A stretch of DNA of 62,961 nucleotides, counting the filler, from Globobulimina sp. (Eukaryota): assembly GCA_003354225.1 (NCBI GenBank). It is 23 parts of 23 records of this genome, joined end to end, with 100 filler letters (N's around TTAATTAATTAA, not from the genome) between each part and the next. Parts side by side here need not be neighbours in the genome. Positions count along the whole stretch, not along the records: positions 1 to 2,645 come from PIVH01005554.1; positions 2,746 to 5,389 come from PIVH01005555.1; positions 5,490 to 8,133 come from PIVH01005556.1; positions 8,234 to 10,877 come from PIVH01005557.1; 19 more parts are not named here. The stretch is one strand, 5' to 3'. The notes under the pieces are model-generated. The model was not told where the DNA came from. It was given only the letters and a program-made list of their open reading frames with translations, and made no database searches. Made by a program: the position numbers and the translations under genes. This document shows positions 1 to 10,647 of this stretch, in pieces. Each line of letters begins with the position of its first letter. Position 1 is the first letter of the stretch.

Positions 1-74
1 TACTCAATAAATATGAATAGAACACCAAACACAACGCGTTATAATAACAAGTTGCTGTACAACGGAGTGTGAAC

Positions 75-82
75 TATGTACA
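75..82 (-). promoter_or_regulatory. Candidate Pumilio response element (UGUACAUA) in the putative 3' UTR of the PUF gene
   Basis: Plus-strand TATGTACA reads TGTACATA on the gene's strand and matches UGUANAUA, about 230 nt past the stop codon. Confidence 0.4.
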
Positions 83-313
83 GAGGGATTTATAATATAT
101 CAAAATGAAAATATAATTGAGGGCAGAACTAAGGTGTGAGAGTATGTAATAAAAATAAAAAAAAAACAAAAAAAAAATAAATTAAAAATCGAGTGAGTAG
201 TCATTGAGTATATAACATGTAATATTTAATATAAATTAAAGTATAAAAAAAAAGTGAGTGAGTAAGTGTATTGATATTAATTAAAACTGAACTGTATAAG
301 TATAAGACTAGTA

Positions 314-2645
314 TTACTGTACTGTTTTACCAGTGATCTTCTCAATTTTCGCAATAATATGTTTACCAAACATTAACTTTCTCAAATTGGGGACTAATTC
401 CATCACATTCTTAATGAGTCGGTTTCTCTGCGCCACGTTGGTCACTTCCAACAACTTCTGAATCACATAATTGCCGTATTGGTCCCGCACCATTTGCACC
501 ATCGGCGAGTTTTCCTGCGTAGTCCCAATCACACATTCTAATAAATGATCCCTTTCGTCGTCGTTCCCGAACATGAAGCATTTCTCCACCACATTGCTCG
601 AAAACTTGTGCTTACTCATCGCCAACACGTTGCTCGCCACCTCTCTGATGATCCGATTGCGGGCCTGATCCGGTCCGTGTTTCAGCACATGTTGCACCAC
701 ATAGTTGCCGTAAGAGTCCTTACTCAAAGCTAATATACTCCCAATCAACTCGTTCAACAACGGATCTTTCTGAGTCTCGTCGCAATGCTCCAACAACCGC
801 TGAATCACTCTGCAGCCATACGGATGCGTACTGAAATGGTACACTTTGCCTTTAAACGTGTCAATGATGAACGCGATGTGCAACGAGGGCACCTCGGCAA
901 TCACCTTCTGGATCACATGGTTGCCGTTCTGATCACGCACGCAATCTTCCACATGGTCCTTCAACTCGGAGACTAGGGTTATTTTGAGATGGTCGTGGAC
1001 GTACTCGAAGGCTTTCTGGATGACACGGCAGCCATACATCGATTTGGTGAGCGGCAGCACGCGGCCACGGATGATCTGCGCCAACTCGATGCGATGAGTA
1101 TCGGTGCCGTGCTCGAAGAACTTCTGAATCACATAATTGCCAAATGCATCCTCACACAGCGCCAGCGCATTGCGTTGGATTTGGCGAAAAACGCCTTCTT
1201 TGTCCTGCAAGGAGGCGGTTTCTAAGCGTTGCTGGATAAAGCGACTGCCGTTCTGATCGCGCGCTAATTTTTCCACCACGCCGGCTTCGATTAACTGCGA
1301 TAACGAGATGTTGCTACGGGTTAATTGCCGCGGGTCCATATTGGCGATATCTGCTATGGACGGATTATCATTGCCGCCGCCATTGCCGTTGCTATTACCA
1401 CCGCCACCTCCACCGCCGCCGGGGGTATATTCTCGCTGTTTGTTGTTGTTATTTTTGTTGTATCCCTGGCGTTGTTGCCGTGGGGGCACGTTTTTGCTCA
1501 TATTATTGTCGTTATTTGCATACTTATTCTGATTCATATTGTTGTTGTTATAGGGACTGCGGTTATAATTATTGCCGCCGCCGCCATTGTTGTTGTTGTT
1601 GTTGAAATTATTATAATTGCTGTTGTTAGTATTCCTGTTGTAATTATTTTGATTCATATTGTTATTTTTGTTGAAAAATCGGTTATTGTTATTAGTGCTG
1701 TTTGGGTTGTTATTATTTTGTTTATTATTTTGATTCCACCGCTGATTATTTATAGGGTCATTGGGCGGACTGTTCAGCGAATTATTCATCGAATTGTTGA
1801 TGCTGTTCATGGGATTATTCACTGAATTGTTCACGGAGTTATTCATGGGATTCCCCACCGAGTTATTCATGCTATTCATGGAATTGTTCATGCCGCTGTT
1901 CATCGGGTTGTTTACCGGATTGTTCATGCTGTTCATCATCGGGTTGTTCATTTGCCATTGGTTCATTTGGTTCATTTGATGCATTTGGTTGTATTGGTTC
2001 ATCGTCATCGGGTTCATCGGGTTCATGGGGTTCATGCCGTTCATGTTGGTGTTGTAGCCGCCCATTTGCTGCATTTGGTTGTATTGATTCATGCCCATCT
2101 GATGGTGGCCATAGCTGTGTTGAGCCCACGCCGGTGACATCATGCCATTGTTGGGATTCATCATCATCTGGTTCATCATCATCGGGTTATAGCCACCCAT
2201 GGCATTGCCCCCTGCTCCTCCTCCATTGGCACCATTCACGTTGTTCCTCATATTCACACCGCCGACGCCGCCGCCCATGCCATTGGCGTTAAATCCATTG
2301 ATTTGCGGCGATATACCACCACCACCTCCCCCACCACCACCGCTATTGTTGTTATTTATCGCGCCACTTTGCGCACCGCCGCCCGTCAAACTATTCAAAT
2401 TCATTAAGTTCGGGGTTATAATCACTTGCTCGTCCACTTCCTCACTGGTTTCTGTGTTCAAATCCAATCGCAATCCTTTTGGATTCTTGATCACCGCATT
2501 TAAGTTATTATTCCTGGCGTTGGCCGCATTGTTGAGATTGCCATTGGACGCCGCTATGCTCTCTGTACCCGAAGTTACGGTGATTTTGCCTTCCGCTATC
2601 AAGGTCAATTCGTTTTTATTCTTATTCCCTTTTTTCTTCCCTTTC
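314..2645 (-). CDS. PUM: Pumilio/PUF RNA-binding protein, 5'-partial, with a long N/M/G/Q-rich low-complexity region and 8 PUF repeats
   Basis: Eight repeats with recognition motifs SRFIQ, NYVIQ, CRVIQ, NHVIQ, CRVIQ, NYVVQ, SNVVE, NYVIQ, which is the classical PUM1/2 code. The frame stays open upstream of the TTG at 2608 to the contig end. Confidence 0.95.
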
Positions 2646-2745
2646 NNNNNNNNNNNNNNNNNNNNNNNNNNNNNNNNNNNNNNNNNNNNTTAATTAATTA
2701 ANNNNNNNNNNNNNNNNNNNNNNNNNNNNNNNNNNNNNNNNNNNN
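2646..2745. other. Artificial contig-joining spacer, first of 22
   Basis: 44 N + TTAATTAATTAA (stops in all six frames) + 44 N. Identical spacers start at 5390, 8134, 10878, 13622, 16365, 19108, 21851, 24594, 27337, 30080, 32822, 35563, 38304, 41045, 43785, 46525, 49265, 52005, 54745, 57484 and 60223. Contig length falls from 2645 to 2639 bp. Confidence 0.99.
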
Positions 2746-2747
2746 TG

Positions 2748-5381
2748 GCACAAATACCACAACCATGCCATCTTAATCATTGTTCAGAAATTCAAAATCC
2801 AACTCAGAATCCTACAACAGATCCCACTATCGACCCTACATCGGATACAACAAAGCAGCCAACAATGAAACCAACAATAGATGTTACATTTGATCCGACG
2901 TTTGATCCGCCACAACCTCCTACATCCCACCCAACAAATGATCCAACAATAAAACTTACAGTGAATCCTACATCCGATACAACAGAACATCCAACATTTC
3001 ACCCAACCATAGATCCAACCAAATCAGATTCTAATTCAGATGCAACATCTGACCCAACCGCAAGAAACCTCCTCTCAATAAACCCTACAATTGATCCAGT
3101 CGATGAACCGACCATTGATCCCACGATATATCTCACAAATGATCCAACAAATGAGCCAACAAATGATCCAACAAATACTCCAACAAATACTCCAACAAAT
3201 GATTCAACAAATGATCCAACAATAAAACTTACAGTGAATCCTACATCCGATACAACAGAACAGCCAACATTTCACCCAACAATAGAGCTTACATTTACGC
3301 CATCACAACATCCAACCAAATCAGATGCAACATCTGATCCAACCGCAATAAACCATACAATTGATCCAGTCGATCAACCAACCATTGATCCCACGATATA
3401 TCTTACAAATGAACCAACAAATGCGCCAACAAATAAACCAATAAATGAGCCAACAAACGATCCAATAAATGGACCAACAGATGTTCCATCAAATGAAAAT
3501 CCGTCTCATGCGCCTACCTTGAATCCAACAATTGATCTAACAAGAGATCCTGCGATTGATCCAACAGCAGAACCAACAAACGATCCCAATATTGAACCAA
3601 CAACAGTCCCTATATTTGATCCTACACAAAATACAACTAATCCAACATCAAATTCCCCCACAAAAGTTCCTACTGTGGCGCCAACAATATATAATCGCAC
3701 TGCACAGATAGAGATATTGAAGGAGCTTTTGAGGAATGTAACAACAGCACCATCACCATCACCATCACCTTCACCAACATCTCTTCCAACATTATCACCG
3801 ACATCAAATCTTCCCGCCGCTTTACGATCGTATGATTCATTCTTTCTCATCAAGTATTTAATAAAAGATTTAGACACTCAATATATTGAAATGTTGGTCA
3901 AGCAGATATCTTTGATTAGTGGTCATATTTCTGAAATTATTCAAGAAGCATATGTTGAATCAACAGGATTGGAGCTTGGATTGTTTCTGTTAAAAATTGA
4001 GAAAATGTTAGGTTTCGAAATAAAAGATATCAATGAAACAAAATATTCGCATTTTTTAAATTCAACAGATGAAATATCTTTAGATTATAGGATTCAATGT
4101 AACGCAGCAGATTGCTATGTGTTATTAAATCGTGATTTTGAAAAACAATTTGAATCAATGGCACAGACTAAACTAAGAAAATATTTTCCAGATTTTATGT
4201 TTGATGCAAATGCAATTACAAATGAAGTCTCCCAATTAATATTTGAAATTGCAAGACCTGATCCATCCGATAGACCAATATTAAAAGTTACTGACCACAC
4301 AGTACTGGTTATTTTATGCAGTATTATGTCGATAATGTTTATGATTTCGTTTTTAGCATTTTGTCATTCAAAAGGAAAATGTGGTGTTCCTGGTGGAATC
4401 CCAATGGATAATACTTTATGGAATGCACCAATTATTTATGGATTACAATTTATAGTTTTTGCAAATGATATTAATGTATGTTTTGAAATGATATTTAATA
4501 AAGATTTCGAAACGGGTTTAAGGGTCGCAATGTGCTGCGTTTCTATCGTATTTATATTAATTCCATATGTCACAAATTTATATTTTGGAACCAAAATTAT
4601 ATTACAAATCTCGAAAGAAAACCAAACTGCAATTTCGTTTTTCCGCCAACGAAAATTGATTTTTGTCGTTTCAACTCTAATTTGTGGTGGTTGCTATCCT
4701 GCGGTTTATCTATTATCGTCGGGGATATTTGGTTTACAAATATTTTGTTCGGGATTGACAGATTATGAAATTAAAAAAATGAATCATATTAAAATATTCT
4801 CAACTATTTTTATGCAGCATTTGCCACAACTATGTGTTCAATGCGTTTATATTGCGGCTATACATCAAATATCAATGAATGTGATATTGGCATTTATCGC
4901 ATGTATTTTATCGATTATTTGTACAGTTTTGCCATATACGATTCGTTCAAAATATCCAATCACATATTATCTCTTTATAAAGATAATGAGTGCAAATGAT
5001 GAGGATAACAGTGATAAATTTATATTAAACAAAGGTAAAATAAATAAAATATCACAGATACTTTCTCAAGCATTGGAATGTGCGGCAAATAGAATTCAAA
5101 TATCTCGTGAAGGCCCAGTGTTTTTTTCCGTAAATGCATCGCAAACACGCAATGGATGTGGAGTGACATTGTATGTTCTGCATTTTGTAAATGATCTCAA
5201 TAAAGATATTCATTTGCACGAAATAATGAAAATATATCTAGAAAGAGAACATTTTTTAAAATATCGGTTCAAAGAACATTTTGGTTTCAATGGAGAAGAT
5301 ATATGTTTGCTAAAATTGAATAATATTATAATTGATAACAGTGAACCGGATGCCATGTCGTTGTGGACATCGCCTGTGTAG
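2748..5381 (+). CDS. Surface membrane protein, 5'-partial: PT-repeat mucin-like stalk followed by a multi-pass TM domain
   Basis: The frame is open from the contig start (AQIPQPCHLNHCSE...). About 300 aa of (D/E/N)PTx repeats are followed by several hydrophobic helices, including FMQHLPQLCVQCVY, which resembles the ExxPQLxxQ motif of XK-related proteins. Confidence 0.8.
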   Translation, partial: AQIPQPCHLNHCSEIQNPTQNPTTDPTIDPTSDTTKQPTMKPTIDVTFDPTFDPPQPPTSHPTNDPTIKLTVNPTSDTTEHPTFHPTIDPTKSDSNSDATSDPTARNLLSINPTIDPVDEPTIDPTIYLTNDPTNEPTNDPTNTPTNTPTNDSTNDPTIKLTVNPTSDTTEQPTFHPTIELTFTPSQHPTKSDATSDPTAINHTIDPVDQPTIDPTIYLTNEPTNAPTNKPINEPTNDPINGPTDVPSNENPSHAPTLNPTIDLTRDPAIDPTAEPTNDPNIEPTTVPIFDPTQNTTNPTSNSPTKVPTVAPTIYNRTAQIEILKELLRNVTTAPSPSPSPSPTSLPTLSPTSNLPAALRSYDSFFLIKYLIKDLDTQYIEMLVKQISLISGHISEIIQEAYVESTGLELGLFLLKIEKMLGFEIKDINETKYSHFLNSTDEISLDYRIQCNAADCYVLLNRDFEKQFESMAQTKLRKYFPDFMFDANAITNEVSQLIFEIARPDPSDRPILKVTDHTVLVILCSIMSIMFMISFLAFCHSKGKCGVPGGIPMDNTLWNAPIIYGLQFIVFANDINVCFEMIFNKDFETGLRVAMCCVSIVFILIPYVTNLYFGTKIILQISKENQTAISFFRQRKLIFVVSTLICGGCYPAVYLLSSGIFGLQIFCSGLTDYEIKKMNHIKIFSTIFMQHLPQLCVQCVYIAAIHQISMNVILAFIACILSIICTVLPYTIRSKYPITYYLFIKIMSANDEDNSDKFILNKGKINKISQILSQALECAANRIQISREGPVFFSVNASQTRNGCGVTLYVLHFVNDLNKDIHLHEIMKIYLEREHFLKYRFKEHFGFNGEDICLLKLNNIIIDNSEPDAMSLWTSPV
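2934..3412 (+). repeat. Imperfect internal tandem duplication (period about 270 bp) in the PT stalk; ends approximate
   Basis: ACAAATGATCCAACAATAAAACTTACAGTGAATCCTACATCCGATACAACAGAACA occurs near 2934 and near 3207. TACAATTGATCCAGTCGAT...ACCATTGATCCCACGATATATCT also occurs twice. Confidence 0.85.
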
Positions 5382-5489
5382 TCACTGTANNNNNNNNNNN
5401 NNNNNNNNNNNNNNNNNNNNNNNNNNNNNNNNNTTAATTAATTAANNNNNNNNNNNNNNNNNNNNNNNNNNNNNNNNNNNNNNNNNNNN

Positions 5490-5698
5490 TTTAAACCTGA
5501 TTTTAATTGCGACTGATGTCTATTTATCATTTCTTCAAATGATTCCTTTTTTGAATTGTTGTTATGATTTGAATGTTGAGTGTTTTTTCGTTTGTTGTTT
5601 CGATTTTGTTTGTTCGCATTGGATGTTACACTCGATTGTCTTGATTTGGATTTGTTACTTTTCTTATTTCCACCTTTCCGTGATTGCTTTTTTGACAT
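5490..5698 (-). CDS. Hypothetical K/N/S-rich protein, 3'-partial
   Basis: ATG at 5698, open to the contig edge, divergent from the gene at 5907. Confidence 0.6.
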
Positions 5699-5906
5699 TG
5701 GGGGCGACGTTGTAATGACTTGGAGCCGTCAATAAACATTCACAAAAAACAATGCTTACTAACAACTAGTAACAAGGAACAATGTCACACTTGAAAGTAC
5801 TATGCAAGGCACACAATACCATGTACAGTAGTATTTTACCCATATTCAGTAATGTCGAGAGTTTCTAAAAACAAAGTTTTTTACGTCGAGGGGGCGCGTC
5901 GATCTA

Positions 5907-6659
5907 ATGGCCGAACAGTTACATGATCAGAAAGATGATGTTCGAGAATCATGGAAAGTCGGTTCAAAAGTCGAAGTATATTCCGCTTCATCGAAGCAAT
6001 GGTACAAAGGTGCCATAGTGCGCATATTGATGGACGAAGAAGGCGAATGGCTTGAAGTGCAATATAAAGTGGATAAGTTTACGAGAGTCAAAGAAGTGCC
6101 ACGCGAAGATGTGTCATCAATACGAGCAATAAAAGAGGAACAGAAAGAGAATTCGAAAGAGCAAATTACATTAAATATAAAAACAATGTCAAATAAACGA
6201 TATACAGTCTGTGTAGAAAGTGATTGTACCGTTGGAAATTTAAAAAAAGAAATAGAGAAAGTCTGTCCTGACAAAATCAATCCATTGTTGCAAAAATTAC
6301 TTTATAATGGCATTCAATTAGAAGACGATAATAAAAAAATAAACGACAAATCATTGGATATAAAAAACCAAAGAACTGTCATTTTAGTGCGAGAATCGCC
6401 AAAACAAATTGTTTTAACATTTAAAACATTACAAAGCAAGTTCCATGATTTAGAAGTCTCTTCGATCGATACTGTATTACAAATCAAACGAGCAATACAT
6501 CAGAAATTAAAAATTGCCCCACCAAAAGATTTGAATTTAATTTATCAGGGCGTAATTTTAGAAAATGACGAAACTGCTAAATCTGCCAAATTAAAAGAGA
6601 AAGATTATATTCTTGTTTTGGTGAAAAATCTGCCAAATTATATAAAATCTGCTCCATGA
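5907..6659 (+). CDS. Tudor/Agenet-like beta-barrel followed by two ubiquitin-like domains
   Basis: N-terminal WKVGSKVEVYS..SKQWYKG.I...WLEVQY. UBL1: ITLNIKT...TVGNLKKEI...QKLLYNGIQLED. UBL2: IVLTFKTLQ...TVLQIKRAI...LIYQGVILEN. No C-terminal GG. Confidence 0.8.
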   Translation: MAEQLHDQKDDVRESWKVGSKVEVYSASSKQWYKGAIVRILMDEEGEWLEVQYKVDKFTRVKEVPREDVSSIRAIKEEQKENSKEQITLNIKTMSNKRYTVCVESDCTVGNLKKEIEKVCPDKINPLLQKLLYNGIQLEDDNKKINDKSLDIKNQRTVILVRESPKQIVLTFKTLQSKFHDLEVSSIDTVLQIKRAIHQKLKIAPPKDLNLIYQGVILENDETAKSAKLKEKDYILVLVKNLPNYIKSAP

Positions 6660-6772
6660 CAATAATTTTTGCGACCAGTATGTAACTAATTTGTGTGGTA
6701 CAAAATCCAGATTTGATTTATGTTTTTCGATCTAACATTTTCGCGCACAAACATTTGGTCATTAAAGTTTAA

Positions 6773-7950
6773 CTAAAAAAGCCTTGAAGTTTTCTGCGGT
6801 AAATCCCGGGCAAACTTAAATTCCTTAAACTCATCATCAACAATCCACGCATCGTTGGGCAAGAGCACCGTCAACCTCCCCACAGACTCATCCGCGTGCA
6901 TCTCATGCATAGTTATCTTATGTCGCTCCAAATCAACTCCAACAAACTTGTGCTCAAACCTCTGTTCAATTCCTTCCATATGATCCATGCCAACCACTGC
7001 CACCACCAAATCGCCTTCGCAATCCCTTATGGCCAATGCTATCAAATCGTTCCTTTCCTCCATTACACCATTCTGCAACACAGAGGCCTTCGCATTCATA
7101 TATTCCAATCTCTCCTTCATTCGGGCTCTGTTTTTTAATTTTTCAATCCATTTTTCTCGATTCCATTTGAGTCCAAACCATTGCGACCATGCAATGCAGC
7201 CAGCTTTCAATTTTAACCTATCATTCCATGACAATGCTGGATTTTGCAATGCCTTTTTAAGCCCAAATTTGAACTTTTCAGCCAAGTTATATTGGTCCAT
7301 ATCGCCATAAATGAGCTTTGCGTCGATCTTCTGTCCCTCAATCAGCGCAGTGCGGAATTCACCGCCAATCAACAACTGTTTTTGATGGAATTTAGTGATT
7401 TTGCCGCCATTTCGAACATGATTTTTCCATTTCTTTATCTCGCCCAATAAATGGGTTGCACGTTCCTGACAAATTTCTAATACGATTGTGCGTGGTTGCA
7501 CCTCTTCTATCACCTCGCGCACTTTCTATATATATATAGTATGTTTATTTAATTTGTAGGTGTTTGGGGGATATGATATTTCGGGAAAATTCACGGTTTA
7601 ACTTGTGCACATTTGAGGCTTCCGTGACTTGTGCCGATGAGGAATATCTTTTTTTCACCGTATTGGATGAGAGATAATGTGTCTTCTAACAATTGAATGG
7701 TTACTTCGGTGTTGTTGTCATTCTTTGAATTTGAAGTTGTTTGCTCGACCTCTACTTTTTGTTGTATATTTCTGCAATGATTGAATATGTATTGGTTGGT
7801 AACTATGTGACGGTTGATGGTGCTACGGCAATGAAAATAGGAAGATGCGGTGATGAGGTACTTGGATGGGTCACAATGGAGTGTTTTGATGTGTTTTGTG
7901 TGATAAGTGACATTTTTAAAGATATGGATGAACCGATTTGATGGGAGCAT
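6773..7950 (-). CDS. TRABD: TraB-domain protein, 2 exons (7950-7603, 7525-6773), probable mitochondrial presequence
   Basis: Splicing a 77-nt GT-AG intron (7526-7602) gives IFLIGTSHGS...KVREVIEEVQPRTIVLEIC. Further motifs: GGEFRTA, YGD, EERN, VVAVVGMDHMEGI. Confidence 0.88.
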
Positions 7951-8233
7951 GCTGACGAACTTAATGACTGAAAAAAAAACTCTTAAATTATTTGGATTAA
8001 AATGCAAGTTAACGTTTCCATATCAATGAATATCAATACTACGGAACTAAACTGGCTGTCAAACATTATTTATATATGCGTACAAAGGAAAATCACATCT
8101 AGAAAAAAGAAAAAACAAAAAAAAAATAACATTNNNNNNNNNNNNNNNNNNNNNNNNNNNNNNNNNNNNNNNNNNNNTTAATTAATTAANNNNNNNNNNN
8201 NNNNNNNNNNNNNNNNNNNNNNNNNNNNNNNNN

Positions 8234-10647
8234 GGAAATCATAGTGGATGGGTTGGAGTTATTCAGCGCATTGCCAAAGGTCATCGACGTGCTGCCGACA
8301 TTGGGGTCGACCATCGGCGAATACGGATGCATGGCAGAGGGGTTCATGCTGTTCATGGTGGTGTTGCTCATCCCGCTCATGGTGCCGGATAAGGAATTGC
8401 TTACGCTCGAACTCACCGGCTGCTGCATCATCTGCGTCTGGCCCAAAATGGACTGGATATTGGCCGTATTGGTATGCAGCATCGGCGATGAGCTGGGAGG
8501 AGGGCCTTGAGCGTACACGTTGGTGTTCAGCATTTGCGACTGCGGCTGCGGATTGTTCATATTGGCCGGGGGACATCGGGAAGGTGTTGGCGTTGAGGTT
8601 GTTGGGCGCGGTCAGACTCGCCACGTTGATGTTGGCCTGGTATTGGTGAGAGGGGTTGCTGGGGTTTGGAAGGGGCGCGGATTGGTGCTGGATTTGCGGA
8701 GAGTTTACGAGTTGATACTGGGCGTATTGCGAAGGGTTGATGGCCTGCAACGCGGTGGGAGTGGTTACGGTGATGACGGCGTTCTGAGAGGGAGTGGTGG
8801 GCAGAATCTGTTGCTGAGGGTGTTGGTGTTGGTGTTGGTGTTGGTGGACGGAGACTGGCTGAGGCCCGGTCGGAGTGTTTGACACTGTATATTTGGCTGT
8901 AAATATTTCAGGGAAAGTGCAGTTTGAAAGGGAACATACCCATTTTGGCGATATTCATAGGCGAGATTTGCTGTGGCTGCGCTTGCGGCGGCTGCTGAGG
9001 AGACAGTGTGCGCACCGCTTGGGCGATAATCTGCGCCGTGGCACTGTGCGAAGGTGGGGCCATAGGCATAGGCATAATCGGTGTGGTGGTTTGAGGCGGA
9101 ATGGGAATGGGAATGGGAATGGGAACGGGAATTGGAACGGGAAGGGGCGGCTGGGTTTGGCTGTCGTTGTTGGCGTTGTTGACCACGCCAAAGGTGGGCG
9201 ATAAGGTCGGTGTGGATTGTTTGACCACGAAATCGAAGCGAATGGCCACCAATTTGTAGCGGTAATAGACTGCGCCGGTTTGGCTTTGCAAATTGCTGAC
9301 TGGCTCTTTTTGTAAATAGAATTTGTAGGAGCTGTTGGTGTTTGGCTCAATGTGTTCTAACAAGATGCCGCCATTCCAATTGCTCTCGTTTTGCTTCAAC
9401 ACGGAAGCCGTCGAAGATTTGGACAGATCGTACGAGAAATTCATCTGATATTTGGATTTGCTGTTTAAATCTTGCAAGTTTGCGATGACGCGGCCTCGCA
9501 CAAAACGCAAATACGTGCTTTCTTGCGCATTGTTGACGTAATGGTAAGAAGTGGAGTTTTTGTATGGAGACAGTTTGTGGTCGTAATACAATAAGACATA
9601 TTCCGACGAATTCTGGTCGTCCGTGACAGACTGGACTTGCTCGGGAATGTACATATTATCGGCACAAACATCGGATAATAAATGGAAAAATTTCAACTCG
9701 ATTTTGAAGCGTCGCTTTGGCCGAATGTTGTGCCCATTGCTGGCCGCAAAGGCCAAGGATTTGAGCGATTTGAAGGAGATGGGCTTAAATTCGGAGTCGT
9801 GGAACGTGCGGAATGTGTTAGATACGACTTGTTTGGCGGCAGCTAACCGGATAACATGCTGACAATTTAATAATCGGCATTTTAAGATGGCAAATCCCAA
9901 CGAATTGTCATACTGCCCACAATCTGCACTTTCGTCGCGATCGCAATCCATATTCGAATTCTCTTCGTTTAAGCGGTCATAGCCAGTCACGGACAGCGGA
10001 CACTTTTCTTCGTTTAATATGTTTCGTAATTTGAGCTCCAAATCTTGTGTAAAGGTCACTTGGTAATAATTGTCGTATAAATTGCGAATGTTTGCCATTA
10101 TTCTTTGAATCTGCTTCGCCAAAATCTGGTCTTGTTTGCCTGCACAAAGATACATAAAAATAAAATAAAAAAAATAAATTTATTAAAAAATACCTTTGCG
10201 TGCGGGTTGAATGGGTCTCATTTTATTTTTATGCTCATTCTCAATTTGGGTCTGACTCGGTCCAAATCGAAGTTGTGTCGGTTTCTTTAAGCCAGGCGGC
10301 CCGCTGCCGGCCACTACGTTGCATTGCACCCTTTGTTGCTGCTGTTGATATAAAATGGATTCTCGCTGCAACTCGCTCCATTGTACGCTGTGGAGGTCAG
10401 CGGGCATTACGCCGCTCCCTTTGTTGTGTTTGCAGTTGAATGCATCTGTAAAATTGTACAAAGTCACTGGTTTTTTGAAGTCGTTCACCGCCGATTTCCT
10501 CGCTGAGGCTAGCATTTGTTCTCCATTTCCATGCGAATAATAGCCAATGGTCAAAATGTCGTCGTTTGTGAAATATTTGCCTAAATTATCGGTGATGCTC
10601 TTTCCCCCTTCGATTTCGCACCAAATCGACACTTTAATCTCAGTCAT
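8234..10647 (-). CDS. Unknown multi-exon protein with a globular core and a long P/Q/S/N/M-rich tail, 3'-partial, one apparent frameshift
   Basis: ATG at 10647. GT-AG introns 10140-10193 (54 nt) and 8885-8939 (55 nt) join three ORFs in frame. Removing one base from the G5 run at 8568-8572 continues the frame into MNNPQPQSQM. Confidence 0.7.

Noticed and set aside
2690-2701. TTAATTAATTAA palindrome recurring about every 2.74 kb, resembling a regular repeat array or nanochromosome ends
   Set aside because: It is always centred in N runs of identical length, so it is a synthetic linker. The even spacing comes from length-sorted contigs.
8568-8572. Programmed ribosomal frameshifting as a common cause of the frame breaks
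   Set aside because: The breaks differ in direction and context and share no slippery-site or stop motif. Indel error or pseudogenisation is simpler.
9098-9146. (GGGAAT)n tract resembling telomeric or G-quadruplex repeats
   Set aside because: It lies inside an exon and is the antisense of a Pro-Ile/Pro-Val dipeptide repeat.
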